Positions 39,237-49,626 of a stretch of 64,000 bases of DNA are shown piece by piece (within the stretch, counting starts at the first letter, position 1; each line of letters starts with the position of its first letter). The notes beneath the pieces are model-generated. The model had not been told where the DNA came from. It saw only the letters and a program-made list of their open reading frames with translations, and did no database searches. The translations under genes were made by a program, and so were the position numbers. The stretch comes from Cyanobacteria bacterium auto_48_18 (GTDB taxonomy: Bacteria > Cyanobacteriota > Vampirovibrionia > Obscuribacterales > Obscuribacteraceae): the NCBI GenBank assembly GCA_036170915.1, contig JAVHQC010000010.1, positions 1 to 64,000 on the forward strand, given 5' to 3'.

Positions 39237-39341
39237 AACAAACTCTATTAATAGATCAGAAGCAATCTCGAGACTGGCTGCAATTCCTGCTAAATTTTTC
39301 ATAGATCAAATAATCGATTTGACATTGTGGAGGAATTTTTC

Positions 39342-39752
39342 ATGGCAACTGTAGAAGTTAAGGCACGCGCAGACAAAAATTATCGTCAAGAAATCACGTC
39401 TGCCACTCATTCCTTCGCCTCTGACGCCGGCAAAGAACATGGCGGCGAAGACTCCGCACCAAATCCACATGAACTGCTTCTGGGCTCACTGGGCGCATGC
39501 ACAGCCATTACCGTGCAAATGTACGCCAAGCGCAAGGGCTACGATTTGAAAGCTGTCAACGTCAAATGCGAAGAAACGCAAGTTGAGAATGGCGAAGGTC
39601 AAAAATCCACCTTGATCACACGCAACATCGAGATTGAAGGCGACCTGACTCAAGAGCAAGTCGACGGTTTGAAGCTAATTGCCGACAAGTGCCCCATTCA
39701 CAAATTGCTTCAGGGCCCCAAAGAAATCAAAACCGAAGTCTCACGCAAATAG
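39342..39752 (+). CDS. OsmC/YhfA-family protein
   Basis: GGEDSAPNPHELLLGSLGACT, MYAKRKG, IADKCPIH; gagga SD. Confidence 0.9.
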   Translation: MATVEVKARADKNYRQEITSATHSFASDAGKEHGGEDSAPNPHELLLGSLGACTAITVQMYAKRKGYDLKAVNVKCEETQVENGEGQKSTLITRNIEIEGDLTQEQVDGLKLIADKCPIHKLLQGPKEIKTEVSRK

Positions 39753-40571
39753 ATGAACAGCGGCTCTGAGATTCTTTCTCTAGACGTAATTGAAACTTCG
39801 CTGACAACAAAAATAATCGGTAAAGCTCCGGGCGCGAAAAACGAACTGTGGGCTGAAATTGGTTCTACAAACACTCGCGCTGCTGCACTGGCTGCTGAAG
39901 GCTGCCCTGAAGGAGTCATCGTTCTAGCCAGGCAGCAGACAGCTGGCCGTGGTCGTCTTGGTCGCGCCTGGATTTCTCCGCCTGATGCCGGCATCGCATT
40001 TTCAGTTGTTTTGCGTCCACAACTTGAGCTATCACGTTTGCCACTGATTACTCTTGCAACAGGAGTGGCAGTAGCTCAGGCTATCGAAAAAAGTGTCGGT
40101 GTGCGTCCCGGTCTTAAGTGGGTCAATGATTTAACTTTATCAGGCAAAAAACTTGGTGGCATTCTTGCGGAGATGCCTGGGCAAGCGCTAATAATTGGCA
40201 TTGGTATTAATGTCAGATTGGAAGAATCTGAATTGCCACCAGAACTTAAAGACAAAGTGGAATGGTTGGAACGTGCAATGGGCAGGCCGATTGATCCCAA
40301 TTTGATCGTTTTAGAACTAGCGCACAAATTAGAAGCGGCGTACGAACTTTTAAAAGAAGGCCAAACAAAAAAAATAATTTCTTTGTGGAAAGATTATTCA
40401 ATTACCCTGGGCCAATTGATTGAAGCCACCAGCAATAATCAATCTATCAAAGGTCGTGCGGTTGATATCGCCGACAGTGGCGCACTGATTGTTGAAGATG
40501 AGAGTGGAGAGCGCACTGAGATTGTGGCTGGTGAGATTTCAATTCGCTTACAGAATGGTGGCTATTGCTGA
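39753..40571 (+). CDS. birA: biotin-[acetyl-CoA-carboxylase] ligase (no N-terminal HTH evident)
   Basis: STN, QTAGRGRLGRAW, KWVND, KKLGGIL, IGIGINV. Confidence 0.92.
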   Translation: MNSGSEILSLDVIETSLTTKIIGKAPGAKNELWAEIGSTNTRAAALAAEGCPEGVIVLARQQTAGRGRLGRAWISPPDAGIAFSVVLRPQLELSRLPLITLATGVAVAQAIEKSVGVRPGLKWVNDLTLSGKKLGGILAEMPGQALIIGIGINVRLEESELPPELKDKVEWLERAMGRPIDPNLIVLELAHKLEAAYELLKEGQTKKIISLWKDYSITLGQLIEATSNNQSIKGRAVDIADSGALIVEDESGERTEIVAGEISIRLQNGGYC

Positions 40572-40581
40572 TTCGGTCAGC

Positions 40582-41313
40582 TCAGTGCCTATCAATCGCA
40601 AATTCTCGCAGAAGAGACTTTGCTAATTTTTCCTGTTTGTCTTTTCGAAGCAGGTTGCAATATTTTTTCACTACCATTTTTATAAATTGCGGATCATGCA
40701 AAGACTTCTCTTGACGAAGAATATCTACTGCCATTTCGTATGATGCTCGGGCGCTTGTTCTGTCTCCGGCAGTTTCGAATTTCTGAGCTTGCGCATAAGC
40801 GTCTTTCACCTTGGTGGCCGAAAACGGTTCAGGAGTTGTCTTCTGATGCCGCTCCGGCCGACCGTCCACATAGTGCTTTTCATCCACTAATGCGGGTTCT
40901 ACAGACCATCCACCATTCATATCGCGCGGCTGCTCAACCTTCAGGAACTCATCCGGCAAAACCAATTTCTCTTCCGCCCCAAACACCGCAGTGGCATTGA
41001 GAAAAGCAATCAACGAAGCCGCCACCGCGCGCACACGCAACCTGATACCATCGGCGATGCGGCGACCAATAGGACAGTCTTTAGTGATTATGGTGCCATC
41101 ATTGCGCCTATACAATCGCAAGCATCTTTTTCCAGAACTTGCTTGCAAAAAAGCCTCAGCATCCTTGCGAGTCATTTCTGAAATATTGTAGACATCAAGG
41201 CTGCACTGGCCGCAATGACGACGTTGCTCGTCGCCGTCCATATCAGCCCATTTGGCCGAGCACGGCGAAGCAATGGCTACGTTATCCAACAAACTCTTTG
41301 ACTGGCAAAACAT
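40582..41313 (-). CDS. hypothetical protein with Cys-rich N-terminal domain, TM/signal segment and TPR-like C-terminus
   Basis: SPCSAKWADM.GDE.RRHCGQC...VYN..EMT...C.RLYRR.DGTI.T.DCP. Confidence 0.75.
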   Translation of the reverse strand: MFCQSKSLLDNVAIASPCSAKWADMDGDEQRRHCGQCSLDVYNISEMTRKDAEAFLQASSGKRCLRLYRRNDGTIITKDCPIGRRIADGIRLRVRAVAASLIAFLNATAVFGAEEKLVLPDEFLKVEQPRDMNGGWSVEPALVDEKHYVDGRPERHQKTTPEPFSATKVKDAYAQAQKFETAGDRTSARASYEMAVDILRQEKSLHDPQFIKMVVKKYCNLLRKDKQEKLAKSLLREFAIDRH

Positions 41314-41322
41314 GCGACTGAT

Positions 41323-41904
41323 CTAGAAATGAATCACTGAATAAACATCCAGATCTTCGTCTTCAACCAACTTTTTACGACCGTCAAGAAAATCTAGTTC
41401 AACTACAAAACCAGCACCAACGATATTGGCACCAAGCTTACGCAAGAGCTTCTTGGCCGCCAGAGCGGTTCCACCGGTAGCAAGTAAATCGTCGATGATT
41501 ACAACGCGATCTGCAGAAGTGACAGCGTCTTTGTGAATCTCAATTGTGTCTTCACCATACTCGAGAGCGTAAGACATTTTCTCTGTCTGCCATGGCAATT
41601 TACCTGGCTTGCGAATCGGCACAAAACCAACATCTAAATGGTGAGCGATGGCAGGTGCCAAAATAAATCCACGAGCTTCAATACCTACAATTATTGTTGG
41701 CTTCAGAGCCTTGCAAGAATAAGTGAGGGCATTGAGCACCAGCTTAAAAGCGATGGGGTCTTTCATCAAAGTGGTCAAATCTTTGAAGACAATGCCTTTT
41801 TTAGGAAAATCAGGCACATCACGAATGATGCTTTTAATCCAATCCTGTTGTGCTTCAGGCAAGGGCAGACTGAGCACTTCATGCGATTTAACAGTGGCGG
41901 CCAT
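41323..41904 (-). CDS. apt: adenine phosphoribosyltransferase
   Basis: IRDVPDFPKKGIVFKD, GIEARGF, RKPGKLP, LEYG, IIDDLLATGGT. Confidence 0.96.
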   Translation of the reverse strand: MAATVKSHEVLSLPLPEAQQDWIKSIIRDVPDFPKKGIVFKDLTTLMKDPIAFKLVLNALTYSCKALKPTIIVGIEARGFILAPAIAHHLDVGFVPIRKPGKLPWQTEKMSYALEYGEDTIEIHKDAVTSADRVVIIDDLLATGGTALAAKKLLRKLGANIVGAGFVVELDFLDGRKKLVEDEDLDVYSVIHF

Positions 41905-41936
41905 ATAACTCTAATGTCCTCAAGCTGGCAATGTCA

Positions 41937-44567
41937 CTAATACGGTTGCTCGGAGGCCACCGTTACTGCCCGAATGGCAGGCGACACAACTTCAGCTGAA
42001 GCGGCGGGCTCTCCGGGCAGACCCAACTGATTGGGAATGAGAGCTAATTGTAGCTCTTTAATAGTGCATTCTTTGCACCATTGTCTGAATTTTCTCACCT
42101 GGTCAAGAGTTTGACCCAGCTGCTTGTACTCAGGGGTGTCTTCCACACGGGATGCGGGATCACCCAACAAGTCAAGATATATTGTGCCATTCTCTGAGAA
42201 CCAATCAATCAGATGCACTTTTTTAAAAGCAGTCAGGGCGAGTGCCACTGACATCTTACTGGCGCCCATTACCGACACCAATTTATCCCCTTCAACCTGG
42301 CCATCTTTCTGGTTGATCACGTACCGCACCAGACCAAGAAGTCTTTTAAGGAAATTGGCAGGTTCTTCTAATTCATCATCTTCGCACCCGACCAAATAAA
42401 TGTTCGAAGCTCCACTATCGCGCACTAGTTCCTGGAAATTTTTCAGAGATGGTGGGAATTGCCATATCAATAAATGATCGCGACCGGCTAGCTCGGCTCG
42501 ATCGTTAAATGTGATGCCATTCACTTTGGCGCAAGATTCACCAAAGATAGAAAGATCTTTGCCTAACTTTGCCTGAGCTTTTTTGACAACTTCCGGGTTG
42601 CTATTGAACGAACGCAAATCTTTGAAGGTTAGCTTAACTGTAGTTGGTGCGTGAGTTCCAGGCTGACTGGCACCTGCAACGGCCGCAGGTTTACCGGCAT
42701 CATATTCGGTGCCCACAGTGCGAGTAGACTGTGAGTTCGATTGAGGTTTACTCTTTGATTGCTCAGTCTGCTTGTTTAGTTTCGCTTCTTCGTCAGCCTC
42801 TTGCGCGCGGGCTGCTTCACCGTGGCGACGCCAGTCGCAGAGAATTAACTGCAGTCGATCGCGACGATTGTACGAATTAAGTTCGGCATTAAAAGCAACA
42901 TCTATTTCGTCGCCGTCGGCAGGAATGCGCCCGCGAGTATTCCACATTACCGACTCGAACTCTTTGCCAGAGGCATAGTCTTTCATCATAATGCGACTAT
43001 GTTTGTTTTCTTTGCCCAGTGGGCGTGTAGACGTTACTACAACTTTAGTCATGCACAAAACTGGTTTGCGATTTGACATACCGAATGGTGCCATGGCATT
43101 GAGTTCGCGCACCAGATCAAGCGAAAGAACTGCTGGTTCGACAACGCTGTCAATTTCTAGTCGCACTCGCATATTTTTCTCGGCCAGAGCCTTATTACAT
43201 GCAGCAACGATGCCCTTTACAGCAGCTTCAGCTTTGTCAGCTTCAATAGAGAAACCAGCGGCCATTTTGTGACCACCCCATTTGATCAACAAATGTTCGT
43301 TGGCTTTTAAAACTTGATAAAGATCAATTTGCTCTACGCCGCGGGCCGATCCTTTGACTACATTATCTTCCACATCTAACTGCCCAATAAATACTGGGCG
43401 TTGAAAACGCTCTACCAGACGAGAAGCAACAATGCCGACCACACCGTGGTGCCATCCTTCATTGTAAATAGCAATGCCACGGTCAACGTTAAGATCGCAG
43501 GTGGTCAGAACTTTGGCTTCTGCTTCTTGAAAAATGCGCTCGCACAATTCTTGTCTGCGAGCATTGTCTCGTTGCAGTTGCTGGGCGAGTTCTTCAGCTC
43601 GCGCTTCGTCGGTTGTGGTCAGCAGTTCCACCGCCACATTGGCATCAGACAAGCGGCCCACAGCGTTGATGCGCGGCGCCAGACCAAAACCAACGAGATC
43701 AGTATCTTCTTTTCCGCCCACCTGATTAAGTAGTGCGCGAATGCCTGGTCTGGTGGATTGCACGAGTTTTGGCAAACCAATTTTGACCAGGTAACGATTT
43801 TCGTCGACTAAAGGCACCAGGTCAGCAATCATTCCCAGGGTGACAAAATCTTGCAAGGCTTCAATTTCTGAAACCCGATCAAACTTGGTCAGCAGTGCTT
43901 CGCAAACTTTATAGGCAACTCCTACGCCAGGCAGGTGAAAAAGAGGATGCCCTTCTTGAAGCAGCTTTGGATGCACAACCGCGACAGCTGGTGGCATCAT
44001 CTCAGGCATGGTGTGGTGGTCCAAAACTAATGTATCAACGCCAAGCGATTTAGCTAAATTGATTTCTGAAAAATTAGATACGCCACAATCACAAGTAATT
44101 AAAAGCTTGGTGCGATGTTTACTGGCGAGAACACTCACAGCTTTAAGATTGAGACCATAACCTTCTGATGAGCGGTTAGGAATATAAAAATCTACATTGG
44201 CAGACAAACTTTTGAGCACACTGAGCAGCACAGAGGTGCCGGTGATGCCATCTACATCATAGTCACCATATACGGTGATTTTTTCACCCTTTTCTATGGC
44301 AGCGGAGATGCGTTCGACCGCTTTTTCCACCCCTGGCAATTCAAAAGGGTGCGTGGGCACGTATTCGCTTTCATTCAAAAACTGACGCACAATTGCTTTG
44401 CTGGTCAAGCCACGACGAATGAGCACGCGAGCAAGAGTGGCCGAACCGCCACAGGCCTCAAGCAGCTCTTGATCTATGTCAACGCTATCAGGGAAAACCC
44501 ACAACTTAGCCGGGATGACAGTTGTTGAACCTGCACCTGTCTGAATGTCGCCACTGGGTTCGAGCAT
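41937..44567 (-). CDS. recJ: single-stranded-DNA exonuclease RecJ with C-terminal extension
   Basis: YGDYDVDG, DHH, IADLVPL, APRINAVGRL, GGHKMAAG, APFGMSN; adjacent to apt. Confidence 0.95.
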   Translation of the reverse strand: MLEPSGDIQTGAGSTTVIPAKLWVFPDSVDIDQELLEACGGSATLARVLIRRGLTSKAIVRQFLNESEYVPTHPFELPGVEKAVERISAAIEKGEKITVYGDYDVDGITGTSVLLSVLKSLSANVDFYIPNRSSEGYGLNLKAVSVLASKHRTKLLITCDCGVSNFSEINLAKSLGVDTLVLDHHTMPEMMPPAVAVVHPKLLQEGHPLFHLPGVGVAYKVCEALLTKFDRVSEIEALQDFVTLGMIADLVPLVDENRYLVKIGLPKLVQSTRPGIRALLNQVGGKEDTDLVGFGLAPRINAVGRLSDANVAVELLTTTDEARAEELAQQLQRDNARRQELCERIFQEAEAKVLTTCDLNVDRGIAIYNEGWHHGVVGIVASRLVERFQRPVFIGQLDVEDNVVKGSARGVEQIDLYQVLKANEHLLIKWGGHKMAAGFSIEADKAEAAVKGIVAACNKALAEKNMRVRLEIDSVVEPAVLSLDLVRELNAMAPFGMSNRKPVLCMTKVVVTSTRPLGKENKHSRIMMKDYASGKEFESVMWNTRGRIPADGDEIDVAFNAELNSYNRRDRLQLILCDWRRHGEAARAQEADEEAKLNKQTEQSKSKPQSNSQSTRTVGTEYDAGKPAAVAGASQPGTHAPTTVKLTFKDLRSFNSNPEVVKKAQAKLGKDLSIFGESCAKVNGITFNDRAELAGRDHLLIWQFPPSLKNFQELVRDSGASNIYLVGCEDDELEEPANFLKRLLGLVRYVINQKDGQVEGDKLVSVMGASKMSVALALTAFKKVHLIDWFSENGTIYLDLLGDPASRVEDTPEYKQLGQTLDQVRKFRQWCKECTIKELQLALIPNQLGLPGEPAASAEVVSPAIRAVTVASEQPY

Positions 44568-44849
44568 GACCCATGTCCCCGCTGTAAGTTGAGAGTAGAA
44601 GAGATAGAAAATAGATATCTACAAGGCGTATATATTTACGGCTTTTTCGAATATCACGGTTTGCAGTTTGGCACCACGTATGATGCTGCACCGATCTCTA
44701 TCTTTGTGATTGATTATTTTTCAATCGTAACACGAAACCAGCCCCAAACCCAGTGGTGAAGGGGATTGATGCAGACCAAAAGCTATCCATTTACTTATAC
44801 GTTGGCGGGGCCAAAATAGTTCAATTAGATATGCCTACGGAAAAACTAT

Positions 44850-45122
44850 TTACTTATTAAGCTCAGGGTCCATGACATTGATTACCCTTTTGGGTTTTGG
44901 CATATTTGGCCAGCCCCGCAAATCATATTCAATTATGGTTGTGATGATGGGAAATTTTGGCCAGGGTAAGGCCCAACCAATAATCCACATTATCGGCAGC
45001 AGCACCACGTGCAGACTAAGCGCCACTAAAAATGCCTGAATCAGACTGGTCTGATCCTTAACAGCGCCGGCAATATCTCTGCCTAGAGAATTTAAAGTGT
45101 CGCGAAATAGACTCAATTTCAC
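44850..45122 (-). CDS. small single-TM membrane protein (TonB/TolA-anchor-like helix)
   Basis: AFLVALSLHVVLLPIMWIIGW hydrophobic helix with central His, Pro-rich tail. Confidence 0.65.
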   Translation of the reverse strand: MKLSLFRDTLNSLGRDIAGAVKDQTSLIQAFLVALSLHVVLLPIMWIIGWALPWPKFPIITTIIEYDLRGWPNMPKPKRVINVMDPELNK

Positions 45123-45203
45123 TTCTTAAAACGATGGTGTTACTATGTGCCATATTACTTAGCATACACGCTAGACATACGCCACTTGAGCCCCATACCA
45201 TCC

Positions 45204-46124
45204 ATGCCGACTCTACGCAGCATTCTCATTCTATCTATAGCGATCGGTCAGTTGTCATTGCTCGGCCCGAGCATATCGCCTCTGGCTGCTGCGGCTTTCG
45301 GCAAGCAAAAAGAATCTACCAAAGAGACGGCTGAAAAACCTGAGATAGAAGGCAAAGAGACCCTCGGCAAAACACAGGGCAAAGAAGAAGTCAAAGAAAA
45401 GAAAGAGAAAAAAGAAAAGAAAGAAAAGAAGATCGAACTGACTGAAGAAGAAATTGAAGAAGAAAAGGCTTATATGGAACACCAGGCAAAGCTTTCAGCA
45501 CTTCTCAAAGAAATTAAAACGCCATTTGGTTCACCAGGAGTGGCACAGCCAGACGAAAAGCCATCGTTGGTTGCACCAATGACCCTGCCCCCAACTTCCC
45601 TGCGGCGCTCCGGCGCCGGCCGCAGCCTTGGCGACCGGCTATTGGCTTCCAGACTTTATCTGCCCGGCCGCCTGGTAATGGGCCACCCTGCCGAATTTAC
45701 TATTAAAGGACGCCCCGGCCACTGGGCGGCTCTGGCTATGGCCGACCGCGACACCGGCGCCAAGCCCATCGCTGGTCATGCCCTGCGCCTGGGGCCAGAT
45801 CGCAAAGTCGTGGCCCTTGGCAAGATTCCCTCTACCGGAGTGCTTACCTTAAAGATGTATGCACCGGTGGCCGGCGACCTGGTGGGTTCAAGTCTTTACT
45901 TTGAAGCAGTCACCTGGCCAGAAAATGACATCCATACTGTTGAATTTGCTCAGACCGTGACGTCCGAAGGTGGTACCAACACCAGCAGCTCCGCCACCAA
46001 TGCGGTTTTAGTAGCTGAAGAGGCGGTGAGAAAACGCGGTGTGCGTATTGTGCCCGAGGCGGCCATGCCGATTTATCAGCGTGGAAGCGCGGGAGGGGTC
46101 GGTCTTGGCTCTGGCAAACCGTAA
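45204..46124 (+). CDS. secreted hypothetical protein with Lys/Glu-rich linker
   Basis: Signal peptide from MPTLRSILIL; KEK repeats; globular C-terminal half. Confidence 0.75.
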   Translation: MPTLRSILILSIAIGQLSLLGPSISPLAAAAFGKQKESTKETAEKPEIEGKETLGKTQGKEEVKEKKEKKEKKEKKIELTEEEIEEEKAYMEHQAKLSALLKEIKTPFGSPGVAQPDEKPSLVAPMTLPPTSLRRSGAGRSLGDRLLASRLYLPGRLVMGHPAEFTIKGRPGHWAALAMADRDTGAKPIAGHALRLGPDRKVVALGKIPSTGVLTLKMYAPVAGDLVGSSLYFEAVTWPENDIHTVEFAQTVTSEGGTNTSSSATNAVLVAEEAVRKRGVRIVPEAAMPIYQRGSAGGVGLGSGKP

Positions 46125-46127
46125 ATA

Positions 46128-47666
46128 ATGGAAACCCGCATGAAAGTTCTTTTGATTCCCCTGGACGATCGTCCGGTTACTTATGGCTATCCGCAACTTT
46201 TAGCTAGGGCTGCTGGCTGGGAAGCGATTGTGCCACCCCGCAGCGTTATGGGTTCGCTTTCACGCGGCGCACAAATTGAAGAACTCTTTGCTTTCGCTGA
46301 AGGGGCCATTGGACGGCACGAGCCTGATGCAGCGGTGCTTTGTCTCGACAGCTTAATTTATGGTGGGTTGATTACATCGCGCCGCAGCGCCGAGCCTGGT
46401 AAAACATTCGCTGCGCGTTTTGAGCGTTTGAAAAAATGGAAAGATTTGATGGGAAAGAAAATTCCCATTTACGCACAGTCAAGCATCATGCGCATTTCAG
46501 ATAACTACGATAATACGGAAGAGAAAGAATACTGGTCGCGTTTTGGCCGCGAGCTATTCGAATGGTCTGGTTGTCTTCATCGTCTCGCCAGCGGCGAGAA
46601 GCTGACACCAGGCTTGCTCGAGTCTTTAGAGCGCCGCATTCCATCAGATATTCGCCAAGATTATCTCGATACTCGCTTTAGAAACTTCACCATCAACATG
46701 AACATTTTAAAGTCGATGGATGATGGATTTTTTGACCACCTGGTTTTCTCACAAGACGATTCTGGCGCCTGGGGCCTCAATGTGGGAGAAAAAGATAGAC
46801 TGAAAAGCGTCAGTGAGCAAATGGGCCTGACAAACAAAGTCAACGTTTACGCTGGTGCCGACGAAGTGATGTGCACCTTAATGGCACGCTTGATCCTCAA
46901 CACCGAGGGTGATACCAGACCGGAGCTCAAACTACAGTATAGCCCCGAGGCTTGTAGTACAGTGGCAAGCCGCTATGAGGGTCAAGAAATCGGCGCCACG
47001 ATCGAAGCTCAAATTAAAGCCAGCGGCGTCAGTATTAAGGGTGACAGCACTTCAGGTGATGGCACTGTCAACAAGAATGTCATTACCATGATTGCCCATG
47101 GTCCTCACGAAAGGCAGGGCGATCACATTACCTTGCCCGGCCTGCCCGATTTAAGCCATATTGACACCAGCCGAGCCGTGTCGGGAACAATTAAGCTCAT
47201 AGAAGAAGCACCCGGGTTGGTAATTCTGTGCGACATTGTTTATGCCAACGGCAGCGATCCGATGTTGATTGAAGAGTTGATTAAGCGGCCAGAGCTTCTG
47301 AAAAAAGTTTGCTCGTACGCCGGCTGGAACACCACCGGTAATACCGTAGGTAGCGCTATCGCCACAGCTTTGTGTACCTGGCACGGTAATAATGCCAGTG
47401 CTAGAGGTGTCACCAGCTCTGCCATACAAAAGATTGTTAACGATTGCCAAAAGCGCTGTCTGTTCACGAGGTTGGTTGACGATTGGGCTTATCAAACTAA
47501 AGTGCGCAAAAATCTGCAAGGTGAACCATCAATGCAAGTTTTAGCAGAGCTGATTTCGCCATATATAAAGAGAGTCAGTGCGGCTCTATCATTTGAGCCC
47601 AGCGTTAGATTATCCTTTCCCTGGCGCAGAACATTCGAAATCGAAATCGGCTTTGAGGGAGGCTAA
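46128..47666 (+). CDS. DUF4127-family protein
   Basis: LIPLDDRP, DSLIYGGLI.SR, QDDS, GADE, YAGWNTTGN.VG, PWRRTFE. Confidence 0.85.
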   Translation: METRMKVLLIPLDDRPVTYGYPQLLARAAGWEAIVPPRSVMGSLSRGAQIEELFAFAEGAIGRHEPDAAVLCLDSLIYGGLITSRRSAEPGKTFAARFERLKKWKDLMGKKIPIYAQSSIMRISDNYDNTEEKEYWSRFGRELFEWSGCLHRLASGEKLTPGLLESLERRIPSDIRQDYLDTRFRNFTINMNILKSMDDGFFDHLVFSQDDSGAWGLNVGEKDRLKSVSEQMGLTNKVNVYAGADEVMCTLMARLILNTEGDTRPELKLQYSPEACSTVASRYEGQEIGATIEAQIKASGVSIKGDSTSGDGTVNKNVITMIAHGPHERQGDHITLPGLPDLSHIDTSRAVSGTIKLIEEAPGLVILCDIVYANGSDPMLIEELIKRPELLKKVCSYAGWNTTGNTVGSAIATALCTWHGNNASARGVTSSAIQKIVNDCQKRCLFTRLVDDWAYQTKVRKNLQGEPSMQVLAELISPYIKRVSAALSFEPSVRLSFPWRRTFEIEIGFEGG

Positions 47667-47670
47667 AGGC

Positions 47671-48807
47671 TTGTCGAAACACACCAAACTAGCCAGGTCT
47701 CACGCCGTTCTTGCCTTGGCCAGAACAGCACTATCAATGTTTTCAATTTTGTCTTTAACCTCATGCAGTCTAATTTCACCACCGCAAGCCAACGCTCTAG
47801 AGAGTTGGGAAAAATTAGACAAGCGCATGAAAGGTCAGGTGGTGCAAATTAGCGTCGGCCTGAAAATGAAAATAAAAGATACCCTCTGGGCTTCACTGGC
47901 TGATGTTTCACCAAAAAATAAATATCCGGTTTTCAGCGCTTCAGCACGCGACCCTGGTTACCGTGTAGTTTCATTTGGCTCATCGTTTCCCATCAAAACC
48001 AACCTTCACGACAAAGCCTATTTCCTCACCAATGAACATGTGGTCTCTGGGGCCGATCAAATCATCAAAGAAAGTCAGCGATTTTATGCCGGCATGCGCC
48101 TATACTGTGAGCAAACAGCTGCAGGACACGACACCGACGGTCGCTTTCGCGAAATTTTGCAAATCATCAACTTGAGTACGAAAGCCAATCGCTCTACAGC
48201 GGAGCTGAGTACGTATCAGGCGACAGCTGACGCGATCTGGGACACCTACGAGACATACCTTTCAAAAAAAGCTGACCCGAGCCGCGCATTATTCAACCGC
48301 TATTTAAGTCAAGTCAATGTGGCAAGCGAAGTTGGATATTTCTTGCACGCTGCCGGCCCCGTATCGCAACCGCCAATGGTGGCGAAATTATTTAAAGTGG
48401 CAAAGACAGACAAAGATCCGGACATCGCCATTTTGACTGTCGATAAGTCAAATCTGCTGCCCATGGAATTTGATCCACTGCCTGCCAGCGAAGGGCAGGA
48501 GATTCAAGTGATCGGTTATCCGGAAGCATCAGATCAAATCGATACCGACGCCGCCAATCATTATGCTCCTACTTTTACCACAGGCCGGGTTAGTCGCATC
48601 GCACCGCGAATGGTGCAGGTAGATGCACCGATCACTAACGGCAACAGCGGCGGGCCCGTGGTCAGCTTGCGAGGCAAAGTGCTGGGAGTGGTGGCGCGGC
48701 GCGCTCGCGGCGAAGGCGGCCAGGAACTGAAAACTTTTGGCGGGGCCATGACTGTGCAGTCAGTAAAAAGTTTTGCCCCTGAGCTATTCGGAGCACCAGC
48801 GCCCTAA
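47671..48807 (+). CDS. secreted trypsin-like (S1) serine protease, no PDZ domain
   Basis: LTNEHVV (His), DIAIL (Asp), GNSGGP (Ser); TTG start after ggagg. Confidence 0.85.
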   Translation: MSKHTKLARSHAVLALARTALSMFSILSLTSCSLISPPQANALESWEKLDKRMKGQVVQISVGLKMKIKDTLWASLADVSPKNKYPVFSASARDPGYRVVSFGSSFPIKTNLHDKAYFLTNEHVVSGADQIIKESQRFYAGMRLYCEQTAAGHDTDGRFREILQIINLSTKANRSTAELSTYQATADAIWDTYETYLSKKADPSRALFNRYLSQVNVASEVGYFLHAAGPVSQPPMVAKLFKVAKTDKDPDIAILTVDKSNLLPMEFDPLPASEGQEIQVIGYPEASDQIDTDAANHYAPTFTTGRVSRIAPRMVQVDAPITNGNSGGPVVSLRGKVLGVVARRARGEGGQELKTFGGAMTVQSVKSFAPELFGAPAP

Positions 48808-49626
48808 CTATTTTTTCTTGAGAAAATCCATGTCTGGTGCTTCAGAACTGTCGTCGTCGCCCATCAGCAGCTGCATTTCAGACTTAACAGGTTTATAACC
48901 GGTGGGTGGATCAAAGAATGAAGCAGGCTTTTTCATAGCTGTAATTTTTGTAGTTTCGTAGGCGGTCTCGAGCAATTTAAACTGGTTCGGCTTGAGCAAA
49001 TTGAACTTAAGCACCACGCCATCTTTCACATCAACTTTAACCAGGTTTTTCATCACCTCGCTAAACTCACTGGGCGCCGGGAATTTTTCAGCAATCCACA
49101 CTACCCCTGATTTGTAGGGTGTATGGGGTTCACCTGGTCTATAGGGAGGCGCAGGTGTACAAATGAGATCAGCTTTGCGGCATTTAAAGCCGGCAACCTT
49201 TTCGCGCACACCAGTTTCTTTGAGCTTTAGGTCTGGTTCTTTCCTCCCAGCTTTATGGCCACGCATATCAAAGAAACCACTCTTCCAGGTAGCGTGGTCG
49301 CGTACCAAGATCGTCTTTCCTTCTGGGTTATAGCAATAGCTCTGCCACTTAGGCCCTGAAGCCAACCAGACAATACCTAGTTTATCAAGGCTAAATTTGA
49401 CCGCCTGTTTACCAATGGTCATGTTCATTGGGCCAGTCTGAAGTGCTTTCTGTTCCAGCACCATAACTTCGACTGCGGGTCTGGTATCAGATTTTTGACC
49501 ATCTACTTTTTGAGTTTCGTGCTTCTCAGCACCAGCCGGCAGAAAAGACGTAATTAAAAAAGCAGAGGAGCATACGGTCATAGATAGCGCTGCCACCACT
49601 AGTAATGCTCGATTACGTTTATTCAT
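48808..49626 (-). CDS. secreted hypothetical protein (DUF4412-like)
   Basis: Signal peptide; E.VAGFKC, FFDPPTGYK C-terminal motif. Confidence 0.7.
   Translation of the reverse strand: MNKRNRALLVVAALSMTVCSSAFLITSFLPAGAEKHETQKVDGQKSDTRPAVEVMVLEQKALQTGPMNMTIGKQAVKFSLDKLGIVWLASGPKWQSYCYNPEGKTILVRDHATWKSGFFDMRGHKAGRKEPDLKLKETGVREKVAGFKCRKADLICTPAPPYRPGEPHTPYKSGVVWIAEKFPAPSEFSEVMKNLVKVDVKDGVVLKFNLLKPNQFKLLETAYETTKITAMKKPASFFDPPTGYKPVKSEMQLLMGDDDSSEAPDMDFLKKK

Noticed and set aside
39244..39318. ATAGATCA direct repeat (39251, 39301) as an OxyR/LysR site before the OsmC gene
   Set aside because: Too short and too poor a match to the ATAG-N7-CTAT pattern to support.
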